Part shown: positions 54,043 to 62,612 of the stretch, one piece after another
Layout of the letters: each line of letters begins with the position of its first letter
How positions within the stretch are numbered: position 1 is the first letter of the stretch
From: an uncultured Gemmatimonas sp.
GTDB lineage: Bacteria > Gemmatimonadota > Gemmatimonadetes > Gemmatimonadales > GWC2-71-9
Direction of reading: 5' to 3'
Length of the DNA: 64,000 bases
Assembly (NCBI GenBank): GCA_964439025.1
Contig: CAYTMW010000009.1
Location: 35,749 to 99,748 of the forward strand
Translations under genes and position numbers: made by a program
Notes under the pieces: generated by a model
Told to the model about the DNA's origin: nothing
What the model saw: only the letters and a program-made list of their open reading frames with translations
Databases searched by the model: none

Positions 54043-54822
54043 CTACGATACCGCGCGCTTGTCGAACGTGCGGAGGCCCACCGCCATGAAGATCGCGCTG
54101 AGCAGCACCAGCGCCCCGGCGACGACCGCCTGATTCATGTGGGGCAGCGACGGCGTGAGGGCGCCCCGCATCCCCTCCGAGACATAGACCAGGGGATTCA
54201 CGAGGACGAGTACCTGCACGACGGGCACGGCCGAGAGCGCCTTCCAGGGATAGTACGCGCACCCGAAGAAGACCATCGGCGCGACGATCAGCCCGAACAT
54301 GAGGCCGATCTGCTCCCCGCGAATCGCGGTGCCGAGCAGGAGGCCGAATGCCGAGAAGGTGAAGGCGCCGAGCAGCGTCATCCCCACGACCACGCCGAAG
54401 TGCGCGAAGTCCAACCCCGCAATCGGCCCCATGATCAGGCGGGCGACCGGCAGCACGAAGAGCGCCGCGATCACGCCCTGGATGGTTCCGGCGATCACTT
54501 TCTCCAGCGCGATCACCGAGGTCGGCACCGGCGCGAGCAGCCGGTCCTCGATCTCCCGCGTCCACCCGAAGTCCGCCACCATCGGGAGAGCGACCGCCTG
54601 CACGCTGGCAAACGCCAGGCTCACCCCGAGGATGCCGGGAAGCAGGGCGCCGGTGTATCCGGACTGCACGAAGCCCATCTGCGGCAGGAGATAACCGAAG
54701 ACGATAGTGAACATGATCGGCTGCAGCGTGGTGCGGAGGAGGAAGAACGGGAGCTCCCTCGAAACCACGTGAATGTCCCGGCGCACCAGGGCGCCGAACA
54801 CCTTCCAGGGCGATGGGCTCAC
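54043..54822 (-). CDS. ABC-2-type exporter permease
   Basis: Six hydrophobic segments. GTG start overlaps the ATPase stop as GTGA. The track ORF extends to 54900. Confidence 0.8.
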   Translation of the reverse strand: MSPSPWKVFGALVRRDIHVVSRELPFFLLRTTLQPIMFTIVFGYLLPQMGFVQSGYTGALLPGILGVSLAFASVQAVALPMVADFGWTREIEDRLLAPVPTSVIALEKVIAGTIQGVIAALFVLPVARLIMGPIAGLDFAHFGVVVGMTLLGAFTFSAFGLLLGTAIRGEQIGLMFGLIVAPMVFFGCAYYPWKALSAVPVVQVLVLVNPLVYVSEGMRGALTPSLPHMNQAVVAGALVLLSAIFMAVGLRTFDKRAVS

Positions 54823-55841
54823 TCGAGCTTTCTCCCGGTGAGCGACACAAAGAGGGTTTCGAGGCTGGGCGGGGTGAGGCGGATGTCCACCGGTGCGCAA
54901 CCCGATTGCTCCAGGGCGCGCAGAATCGCCGGAAGCGTTTCACCGGCCCGCTCGGCATACATCGAGAGCTCCGATCCCCTGGCGCTCGCTTTCGTGACGC
55001 CGGGAATGCTGCCCGCGTCCTGCAGCACGCGCAGCGCCTCGCCATCGAGCGTGATCTGGATCAGCGTGGCTCCCGGTGCGCGAGCCTTCAGTCCGGCCGG
55101 CGTGTCGAGGGCGAGGAGCCTTCCACGATCGATGATCGCGAGCCGCTCGCAGAGCCGCTCGGCTTCTTCCATGTAGTGCGTGGTCATGATGATGGTGCGG
55201 CCCTGCTGGTGCAGCGAGCGGAGGATGTCCCACAGCGCGAGTCGTGCCTGGGGATCGAGCCCCACCGTCGGCTCGTCCAGAAAGAGAATCTCCGGCTCGT
55301 GAATGAGCGCCCGAGCGATCATCAGGCGCTGCTGCTGGCCGCCGGAGAGCTGGTCCACTCTCGCTTCGCCCCGGTCGCCGATTTCGAGCTGGTCGAGCAG
55401 CGCCTGCGCCCGCGGGAGGGAGACCGAGCGCGGAATGCCGAAATAGGCGGCATGGAAGAGCAGATTCTGGATGGCGGTGAGTTGCCGGTCGGGGTTGGGC
55501 TGTTGCGGAACCACGCCGATCCGCTGCTTGACGCCCACTGGGTCGCGGACGACGTCGATGCCCGCCACCGCGGCAGTTCCCGAGCTGGGCCGCACCCGGG
55601 TGGTCAGGACCCCGATGGTTGTCGTCTTCCCGGCGCCATTGGGTCCCAGCAACCCGAAGAATTCCCCCGGATGAACCGAGAGGTCGAGGCCGTCGAGAGC
55701 CTGAATTTCGCGCGCACCAGATGAGGCGGAGTGCGCAAGGGGTCCGCCGGGAGCCATTTGTGGACCGGAGGGGCCGCGGCGCCGCACCGGGGGCGCCGGA
55801 TACACCTTCTTGAGCGCCCGGGTCTCGATCGCTGGTCCCAT
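54819..55841 (-). CDS. ABC transporter ATP-binding protein (ABC-2/DrrA-like)
   Basis: Start at MGPAIETRAL. Walker A GPNGAGKTT, signature LSGGQQQRL, Walker B LFLDEPT. Confidence 0.9.
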   Translation of the reverse strand: MGPAIETRALKKVYPAPPVRRRGPSGPQMAPGGPLAHSASSGAREIQALDGLDLSVHPGEFFGLLGPNGAGKTTTIGVLTTRVRPSSGTAAVAGIDVVRDPVGVKQRIGVVPQQPNPDRQLTAIQNLLFHAAYFGIPRSVSLPRAQALLDQLEIGDRGEARVDQLSGGQQQRLMIARALIHEPEILFLDEPTVGLDPQARLALWDILRSLHQQGRTIIMTTHYMEEAERLCERLAIIDRGRLLALDTPAGLKARAPGATLIQITLDGEALRVLQDAGSIPGVTKASARGSELSMYAERAGETLPAILRALEQSGCAPVDIRLTPPSLETLFVSLTGRKLE

Positions 55842-56050
55842 GCGCGATAATCTAAATCCCCTGGTGCGGCCGCCACAGGCTATCGTGTTATGATGCAACT
55901 GTTTCGGGGCTTTGCACGCCAGAAGAAGAGCAGCGAGGCGCCGATCGAGCCGCTGCTTACCCCGATCCTCGATCCGCTCCGGCAGCATCCCCGGTTCGCG
56001 AGGCTGGTGAGGGGTCTCGGCTTGTCGGAGAGGGTGCTGAGATGAAAAGC

Positions 56051-56101
56051 GTGAACGCTGAACGGTGAACCGGAAAAGCCTCGACCGATAGCCGGACCGA
56101 T
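56051..56101. repeat. (GTGAACG/CTGAACG/GTGAACC) heptamer array followed by GATAGCCGGACCGAT
   Basis: Heptamers at 56051-56071. The 15-mer at 56087-56101 is identical to 19035-19049. Confidence 0.85.
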
Positions 56102-56127
56102 CGCCGGTAGCTGAAGGCTGCTAGCGC

Positions 56128-57417
56128 TCAATTTCCCGGTGAATTTCCGAACCGGGGATTGACGGTGTTCGCAAACTTCGACCCGAAGGTGTAGCTCAGC
56201 CCCACCGACATTTCCCACTGGTACGAGGTCTGCAGCTGCTTGAGCCGCAGCAGAATCTCTTCGTCGGTAATATCCGCCTTGGCCAGTGACAGCTGATCCC
56301 GGATCCTGGCGTAGCTCGCGAACATGTTGAAGTTGAGTCCCCGCACGATCCGCACCTCTCCGAACGCGAACACCGAGATCCGGTTCTTCGAGAAGTCGTC
56401 CAGATAGGTCGAGCCGACCAGCTGGGCTTCCAGCCTGCCCCAAGGCTGGGTCGCCGCCCCCGCGACGGTCAACCGGTTGACCGGCCGCTTCTCCACCAGC
56501 TTGTCATAGATCGTGGTGTCGCGATAATTCTCGTAATTGAGCCCGAGCGAATAAATGAACACGAATTGCCGGCGCGACGATTCGCTGTAGGGAAATACGT
56601 TGTACTCGATTCCGGGCTCGACCTTAAGGAGGAGATCGTAGTTTTCGCGGGTGGATCGCTCGCCGGTCACTTCGAGCCCCAGCGACCACTGCTTGGTGAG
56701 ACTCCGTACCAGAAGGCCGCCCAGGGCATAGCTGCTGGTCGTGCGCTCGAAGACCTCATTCTCGAGCTGGAAGGAGCTGTGACTCCGGTTTCCTTCGATC
56801 TCGGTGCGGAACTTCCATTTGTCGCTGACCCGCGACGCTTCGAGCGATCCGTTCAGGTGGGTCTGCTTGGTCTGCGATTCGCCGGCGAAGAAGCCGCTCA
56901 TCCCGACCTCGAAGACCCAGAGATTCCAGGGATCCTTCGGTTGCTGCGCGGGCGCGGTGGCCGAGCCGGCGGGGGCGGAGAAGGTGAGCTGGAACCGATC
57001 GGCGAGGATTCCTTTCGCGACGTATCGCGCGAGTCCGAGCGCGATTCGCTGGGTCTGCCGGCGCCGGATCTCGTCGTCGGTCTCCGATTGCTGGGTCGTG
57101 AACCGGAGCTCGTCGTCCGCATTGAGGAACGCGCGCAGGCCGATGAACCGCAGCACATACTCCTGGCCCCCTCCGGTGCTCTGCGAGGTGACGATGAGAT
57201 GCACGTCGGCATCGGCGCGGTCCCGCACCCAGTTGACGTAGGTGATTTCCCGCCGCAGGTGATCGAAGTCGCAGAAGGTGTTGCAGTCGAGAAAGACCCG
57301 CGTGGCCTCACCAGCCGGCGGAGTGGCCGGCGTGCCCTGCCGGGCCGCCAGCGGGAGCGGCGTAATGGCACAGTAGAGCACCACGACTGCCGCCGGAACG
57401 AACCGGTGCATGCGCAT
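56128..57417 (-). CDS. Hypothetical outer-membrane beta-barrel-like protein
   Basis: Start at MRMHRFVPAAVVVLYCAITPLPLAA. Long alternating beta-strand-like C-terminal region. Family not recognised with confidence. Confidence 0.65.
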   Translation of the reverse strand: MRMHRFVPAAVVVLYCAITPLPLAARQGTPATPPAGEATRVFLDCNTFCDFDHLRREITYVNWVRDRADADVHLIVTSQSTGGGQEYVLRFIGLRAFLNADDELRFTTQQSETDDEIRRRQTQRIALGLARYVAKGILADRFQLTFSAPAGSATAPAQQPKDPWNLWVFEVGMSGFFAGESQTKQTHLNGSLEASRVSDKWKFRTEIEGNRSHSSFQLENEVFERTTSSYALGGLLVRSLTKQWSLGLEVTGERSTRENYDLLLKVEPGIEYNVFPYSESSRRQFVFIYSLGLNYENYRDTTIYDKLVEKRPVNRLTVAGAATQPWGRLEAQLVGSTYLDDFSKNRISVFAFGEVRIVRGLNFNMFASYARIRDQLSLAKADITDEEILLRLKQLQTSYQWEMSVGLSYTFGSKFANTVNPRFGNSPGN

Positions 57418-57744
57418 CGGAAAGCTCGCAATCTCGGGGAAAACTTGATCCAGGTCAGGACTATGACGCCATTCGGCCCGAATAGGTTGCAACCGGGCCA
57501 ATCCGTGCGTTCTCCGCCTTCCGGACCTGGATAGCGCTCATTGCCGTGTCAACACAGTATTGACCGCCACAAGATCCGCCCGCACCGCCGTCACCTTCCC
57601 ATTGGTGCGGATAAACCGGTAGCGCGCGGAGCGCCGTCCGAAAACTCCGTCGCCCAGATGAACGAGCGGCTGTGCTGCGCGCTGAGAGGCGCGGCGGCCG
57701 TGAGGCAGAGAATTGCGAGCTGGAGGCGCATGCTGGAGACTAGT

Positions 57745-57798
57745 CGCGAAGACGCGAAGACGCGAAGTGAATAACCTTCCCTCCCCGCGTCCCCGCGT
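57745..57798. repeat. (CGCGAAGA)x3 and partly complementary (CCCCGCGT)x2 octamer arrays
   Basis: Read directly from the sequence. Lies in the spacer upstream of the M28 peptidase gene. Confidence 0.85.
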
Positions 57799-57877
57799 CC
57801 CACTCGGATGCTCGCGGCGATGGACGAGTAGAAGCGGCACCACTATCCTACCCGCAGTCTCTTTCCGGGCCCATTCG

Positions 57878-59284
57878 ATGATCCGCCGTCCCCTTGTGCT
57901 ACCCCTCGCCCTCCTGGCATGGACGCTGGTGCTTCCCCTCTCGGCACAGAACCGGAGAGCCGCGGCGCAGGCCAACCCCATCCAGCGCGAGTACCAGGCG
58001 GCCGCCGACCGGATCATCGCCGCGGCAACCGCCGACAGCGCGGCATGGAACAAGCTGGCCGAACTCACCGACGGCTTCGGCCATCGGCTGAGCGGCAGCG
58101 AGGCGCTGGAGCAGGCCATCGACTGGGTCATCGCCCGGATGAAGTCCGAAGGATTGGAGAACGTCCGCGGGGAGCCGGTGATGGTGCCCCGCTGGGTCCG
58201 GGGCCACGAGCAGGCTGAGCTACTGGAGCCCCGCTACGCCAAGCTGTCGATGCTCGGCCTTGGGCAAAGCGTCGGCACGCGCCGCGGCGGGATCCAGGCG
58301 GAGGTGCTGGTCGTCTCGAGCTTCGACGAGCTCAAGGCGCACGCGGCCGAGGCGCGGGGAAGAATCGTGCTGTTCGACGTGCCGTTTACGAATTATGGCC
58401 AGACGGTGCGGTATCGCGGGACCGGCGCGGTCGAGGCGGCAAAGGTCGGCGCGGTGGCGATGCTGCTCCGGTCGGTCGGACCGTTCGGGATGCGGACGCC
58501 GCACACCGGCTCGATGCAGCCGTACGATTCGACGGTGACGCGGATTCCCGCCGCGGCGATCACGATGGAAGACGCCGCGCTGCTGCACCGCATGCAGCAG
58601 CGCGGCCAGAAGATCGTCGTCCGGCTCGAGATGGAAGCCCAGATGCTTCCCGATTCGCCCTCGCGCAATGTGGTGAGCGAGCTCACCGGGCGGGAGAAGC
58701 CGGCGGAGGTGGTGGTCTTCGGCGGCCACATTGATTCCTGGGACGTGGGCACCGGAGCGATGGATGACGCCGGCGGTGTGGTCATCGCCTGGGAGGCCGT
58801 ACGCCTGCTGCAGAAGCTCGGGCTCCGCCCCCGGCGCACCATCCGCGTCGTCGGATGGACCAACGAGGAGAACGGCGGGCGCGGCGGCCAAGCCTATCGC
58901 GACGCGCACCGGAGCGAGCTCGTCGGCCACGTGGCGGCGATCGAGTCCGACGGCGGGACATTCAAGTTCCGCGGCTTCGGCTTCACCGGCAGCGATTCCG
59001 CCTACGCGATGGTCCGGCAGATCGCCAAGCTGCTCCGGCCGCTGGGCGGGGATTCGGTGACCGTGGGAGGCGGCGGCGCCGACATCGGGCCGATCATGGC
59101 GCTCGGCGTCCCCGGCCTCTCGCACAACGTGGATGGCACCCGATACTTCTGGTACCATCACACCGACGCCGACACCGTGGACAAGATCGACCCCCGGGAG
59201 CTGGCCGAGAACGTGGCGGCGATGGCGATCATGGCGTATGTACTGGCTGACCTGCCCAGTCCGCTACCACGTATTAGGCAGTAG
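57878..59284 (+). CDS. M28-family aminopeptidase, secreted
   Basis: Start at MIRRPLVLPLALLAWTLVLPLSAQ. Contains 'FGHRLSGSEALE.AI.W' and 'VVFGGHIDSWD.GTGA.DD..G'. Confidence 0.85.
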   Translation: MIRRPLVLPLALLAWTLVLPLSAQNRRAAAQANPIQREYQAAADRIIAAATADSAAWNKLAELTDGFGHRLSGSEALEQAIDWVIARMKSEGLENVRGEPVMVPRWVRGHEQAELLEPRYAKLSMLGLGQSVGTRRGGIQAEVLVVSSFDELKAHAAEARGRIVLFDVPFTNYGQTVRYRGTGAVEAAKVGAVAMLLRSVGPFGMRTPHTGSMQPYDSTVTRIPAAAITMEDAALLHRMQQRGQKIVVRLEMEAQMLPDSPSRNVVSELTGREKPAEVVVFGGHIDSWDVGTGAMDDAGGVVIAWEAVRLLQKLGLRPRRTIRVVGWTNEENGGRGGQAYRDAHRSELVGHVAAIESDGGTFKFRGFGFTGSDSAYAMVRQIAKLLRPLGGDSVTVGGGGADIGPIMALGVPGLSHNVDGTRYFWYHHTDADTVDKIDPRELAENVAAMAIMAYVLADLPSPLPRIRQ

Positions 59285-59341
59285 ACAGTAGGCAGTAGGC
59301 AAGAGCTGTTCACTACTGCCAATTGCCCACTCCCTATTGCC
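59277..59341. repeat. (GGCAGTA-like)x4 array and inverted (TANTGCC-like) period-7 array; the central 8-bp stem may act as a terminator
   Basis: GGCAGTA GACAGTA GGCAGTA GGCAAGA at 59277-59304. TACTGCC AATTGCC CACTCCC TATTGCC at 59314-59341. The M28 TAG stop lies inside the first array. Confidence 0.85.
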
Positions 59342-59352
59342 TCCCATTGTAT

Positions 59353-59386
59353 TTCTATGGGGAACGGAGTTATGATTCCCATAGAA
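59353..59386. promoter_or_regulatory. Inverted repeat TTCTATGGG-N16-CCCATAGAA upstream of padR (candidate operator or hairpin)
   Basis: Perfect 9-bp arms ending 17 nt upstream of the PadR start codon, in a locally AT-richer stretch. Confidence 0.35.
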
Positions 59387-59402
59387 CTTCTAGGGAGAGC
59401 TG

Positions 59403-59756
59403 ATGTCACAGCCAATCGACGTCCTCCGCGGCACCCTCGACCTCCTCATCCTCAAAGCCCTGAGCTGGGGCCCCGCCCACGGCTATTCGGTGGCCGAATG
59501 GATCGAGCGGGTCACCGACGACACCCTGGTGATCGAGGAGGGCTCGCTCTACCCCGCCCTGCACCGCCTTGACGAGCGCGGGCTCATCGAGGCGGAATGG
59601 GGCCTTTCGGGCAACAACCGCCGAGCCAAGTATTACGCGCTGACTACGCCGGGACGGCAGGCGCTGAAGGCGGAATCGGCCACCTGGATCCGCTACGCGC
59701 GCGCGATCTTCGCTGCGCTGGAGGCGCCGGCGTCGCTCAAGCCGGCGTCGGTCTGA
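59403..59756 (+). CDS. PadR-family transcriptional regulator
   Basis: Contains '[13 protein letters not shown]...P.HGY.V...I.......[34 protein letters not shown]'. Confidence 0.92.
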   Translation: MSQPIDVLRGTLDLLILKALSWGPAHGYSVAEWIERVTDDTLVIEEGSLYPALHRLDERGLIEAEWGLSGNNRRAKYYALTTPGRQALKAESATWIRYARAIFAALEAPASLKPASV

Positions 59757-62434
59757 TGTCCGCCCGCCGAGAGCCACTCTGGCGCCGCTACCTCCGATTC
59801 TTCGGACCCGACGTGAACGCGGATGTCGAGGAAGAGCTCCGCTTCCACCTCGAGATGCGGGAGCAGCACTATCTGGCCCGCGGGATGGATCCCGCCGAAG
59901 CGCGCGAGGCGGCCCGCCGGAAATTCGGCGACCTTGACCGCCACCGCCGGGCGCTCCGCCGCCAGGACGGCCGTCGCCTTCGGCGGAACGTCTGGGCGGA
60001 ACACCTTGGCGAGTGGGGACAGGATCTCCGCTACGCGGTCCGCATGCTCTGGCATCACCGGGGGTTTTCGGCGGCGGTCATCGCGACACTCGCCCTCGGC
60101 ATCGGCGCCACGACCGCGATCTTCAGCGCGGTGGACGCGGCGATGCTCCGGCCCCTGCCGTTCGCCGCGCCCGAGCGCCTCGTGGAGCTCCCACGCGTCG
60201 ACGTCCCCTTCGCCCCGAGAGGCCAGGAGGAGGAGCCCAGTCCGCGTCCCAACATACGGACGGTGGGTCAGATGCGCGACGTGTTTTCCGAGGTCGCCGT
60301 CTATGCAGTCGGCGGTCTCAACCTGAGTGGAATCGGTGCCCCACTGCGAGCGCGGGTCGGCGTGGTGACGGAAAGATTCTTCCGTGCGCTCGGTGTTTCG
60401 GTCGCCCAGGGACGAACGTTCTCGCCGGACGAGGCCCGGCCTGCCGGCCCTCTGGTGACGGTGATTTCCCACGGACTCTGGCAGCGGCAATTCGGCGGCC
60501 AGCCCGCGGTGGGTCAGACCGTCCGGCTCAACGGCAAGGCCTATCAGGTCATCGGCATCACGCCTCGGGAATTCCGTTTCCCCGAGAATTCCGACCTCTG
60601 GATCCCGCTCACCGTCCCGATGACGTTCCAGTCGTTCGAGGCCTTCCGCGGATACATCCCGTCCACCACGATCGCCCGGCTCGCGCCTGGAATGCGCAAA
60701 GAAATCGCCGCCGACCGGCTGGGTACGCTGTGGAGAGCTCTCCCCGCCGACCAGGAAGCCGAAGCCAGAGACGTCATTGCCGAGCCGCTACGCCTTCTGC
60801 AAGGCTCGCTGCTGGGCGACCGAAAGACTCCCATGCTCATCCTGCTGGGCGCCACCGGGCTCCTCTTGCTCATCGCCTGCGTCAATGCCACCAACCTGCT
60901 GCTGGCCCACGCAGCCATGCGGGAGCGGGAGCTCGCCGTGCGCGCCGTGCTGGGGGCGACCCGCGGCCGCCTGGTGCGCCAGCTGCTGATCCAGAGCCTG
61001 GTGCTTTCCCTCACGGGAGCGGTAGCGGGCCTGTTGCTGGCCTACACCACACTGGGAGTCGTCGCCGCGCTCCTCCCCCGGGAAATGGTCGAGCTCGCAG
61101 CGCCGGCTCTTGATGGCCGGCTGCTCGCGTTTGCGATCGGTCTCGCGATCCTCACGGGGCTCGGGTTCGGCGTCTTGCCCGCCCTGGGAGCGGCGCGGAT
61201 CGACGCGCACTCGGTGATGAAGAGTGGCGGCGGCCACGGGACGACGGCGGCCCGGCGCGGCCGGACCCGGCGGATCCTGGTCACCGCTGAGCTGGCCCTG
61301 GCGCTCATGCTGCTCGCTGGGTCGGGTCTGATGCTCCGCAGTTTCCGCGCGGTGCTGGAGACCGATCCGGGGTTTGCTTCCGAACATGTCGCGAGCGCGC
61401 AGATGGCATTCGACCGGATCAGCTATCCCCGGCCCGGCGCGCGCCTCGCGGTGATCCAACGGCTGCTTGACCGGATGCGGCGCGTCCCGGGAATCGAGGC
61501 GGCGGGCGTGATCAACGATCTGCCGCTGAGTGGTGTGGGCGGCATTTCCATTCAGGTGAACCCGGAGGAGGGGCCGCTCGGTCCCGGCATCGAGGAGCCC
61601 TACGCCAGGTACCTCAAGGCCGATGAAGGTTACTTCCGCACCCTCGGCATCCGGCTGCTGCAAGGCAGGCTGATGAACGAGCGCGACGACAGCCTGGCGC
61701 CGAGGGTGATGGTGGTGAGCGCCCGGATGGCCCGGGAGGTCTGGCCAAACCAGAACCCGCTCGGAAAACGCATCCGGCTGCTCGACAGCACCGATTTCCG
61801 TTCCGTGGTGGGGGTGGTAAGCGATGTCCGGGAGAGCAGCCTCGACAAGGCGGCGCGGTGGCAGATGTACTACCCCGTCCACGAGGAGCCGCCCGACAAA
61901 ATTGCGCTGGTGGTTCGGGGGTCGCTTCCGGCGGATCAGATGCTCGCAGCACTCCGCGCCGCGGTCCGGGATGTCGACCCGAATCAGCCGGTGTTCAGCG
62001 TCCGGACGCTGAACGACATCGTGCGCACGTCGCTGACCGCCCGGCGTTCCAACACGGCGCTCATCACCGCATTCGGGGCCCTCGCACTCCTTTTGGCCGT
62101 CATCGGCGTCTATGGCGTGGTGGCATACGGGGTGACCCTGCGCACCCGGGAGCTCGGCATTCGCTCCGCGCTGGGGGCGCGCCGGGGTGATCTGGTGCGG
62201 CTGGTGGTGCGTGAGGGGCTCGCCGTCGGAGTGCTCGGCGCCGCCGTTGGTCTGGTGGGAGCGTTCGCGCTGGCGGGGCTGTTACGGGGCCTGCTCTATG
62301 GCGTTGCGCCCTCCGATCCCGCGGCCTTCCTCGGGGCGGCGCTGGTCCTGCTGCTGCCGGTGGTGTCGGCGACGCTCATTCCCGCCCGCCGAGCGGCGCG
62401 GCTTGACCCAGTGGAGGTGATGCGAGCGGAGTAG
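59756..62434 (+). CDS. ADOP-family duplicated FtsX/MacB-type permease (PadR-associated)
   Basis: N-terminal 'permease prefix' ([14 protein letters not shown].....GM.P.EA...A...FG), then two MacB-periplasmic-core + FtsX modules. The start ATG overlaps the PadR TGA by 1 nt. Confidence 0.88.
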   Translation: MSARREPLWRRYLRFFGPDVNADVEEELRFHLEMREQHYLARGMDPAEAREAARRKFGDLDRHRRALRRQDGRRLRRNVWAEHLGEWGQDLRYAVRMLWHHRGFSAAVIATLALGIGATTAIFSAVDAAMLRPLPFAAPERLVELPRVDVPFAPRGQEEEPSPRPNIRTVGQMRDVFSEVAVYAVGGLNLSGIGAPLRARVGVVTERFFRALGVSVAQGRTFSPDEARPAGPLVTVISHGLWQRQFGGQPAVGQTVRLNGKAYQVIGITPREFRFPENSDLWIPLTVPMTFQSFEAFRGYIPSTTIARLAPGMRKEIAADRLGTLWRALPADQEAEARDVIAEPLRLLQGSLLGDRKTPMLILLGATGLLLLIACVNATNLLLAHAAMRERELAVRAVLGATRGRLVRQLLIQSLVLSLTGAVAGLLLAYTTLGVVAALLPREMVELAAPALDGRLLAFAIGLAILTGLGFGVLPALGAARIDAHSVMKSGGGHGTTAARRGRTRRILVTAELALALMLLAGSGLMLRSFRAVLETDPGFASEHVASAQMAFDRISYPRPGARLAVIQRLLDRMRRVPGIEAAGVINDLPLSGVGGISIQVNPEEGPLGPGIEEPYARYLKADEGYFRTLGIRLLQGRLMNERDDSLAPRVMVVSARMAREVWPNQNPLGKRIRLLDSTDFRSVVGVVSDVRESSLDKAARWQMYYPVHEEPPDKIALVVRGSLPADQMLAALRAAVRDVDPNQPVFSVRTLNDIVRTSLTARRSNTALITAFGALALLLAVIGVYGVVAYGVTLRTRELGIRSALGARRGDLVRLVVREGLAVGVLGAAVGLVGAFALAGLLRGLLYGVAPSDPAAFLGAALVLLLPVVSATLIPARRAARLDPVEVMRAE

Positions 62435-62439
62435 TCCGG

Positions 62440-62605
62440 GTGTCACGCTGAGGGGCCCACCCGTATCTGCAGCGGGCGTAGCGAGCGGGCTGACGACGGG
62501 GGTGCTAGTGAGTACCGCGAACTCGAGCGCCCCCGGAGGCCAGCCCGCTCCCGAGCCCGCGGAGAGACACGGGGATCCGCCCCTTCGCTTCGCTCAGGGT
62601 GACAA
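62440..62605 (-). mobile_element. MITE-like foldback repeat, copy C (inverted orientation)
   Basis: Its reverse complement aligns with copies A and B over the whole core. It fills the convergent spacer between the permease stop (62434) and the TldD/PmbA stop (62613). Confidence 0.6.
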
Positions 62606-62612
62606 CTGTAGG

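Noticed and set aside
54819-55841. A ~30-aa insertion (PAPPVRRRGPSGPQMAPGGPLAHSASSGARE) between the first beta-strand and the Walker A region of the ABC ATPase.
   Set aside because: From memory, comparable basic insertions at this position occur in a known subgroup of ABC-2-type ATPases, so this is probably a family trait rather than a novelty.
57538-57731. Small secreted-protein gene, possibly frameshifted. Frame 1 gives MRLQLAILCLTAAAPLSAQ... (57731-57591). Another frame continues ...PLVHLGDGVFGRRSARYRFIRTNGKVTAVRADLVAVNTVLTRQ* (to 57538).
   Set aside because: By hand count, third-position GC is about equal (~70%) in both frames. There is no recognisable motif and no RBS. I cannot tell a real, possibly frameshifted gene from chance.
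5153-59341. Whether any of the tandem arrays could be CRISPR arrays.
   Set aside because: The units are 7-8 nt and directly abutting, with no spacers. Arrays are 20-55 nt long and no cas genes are present.
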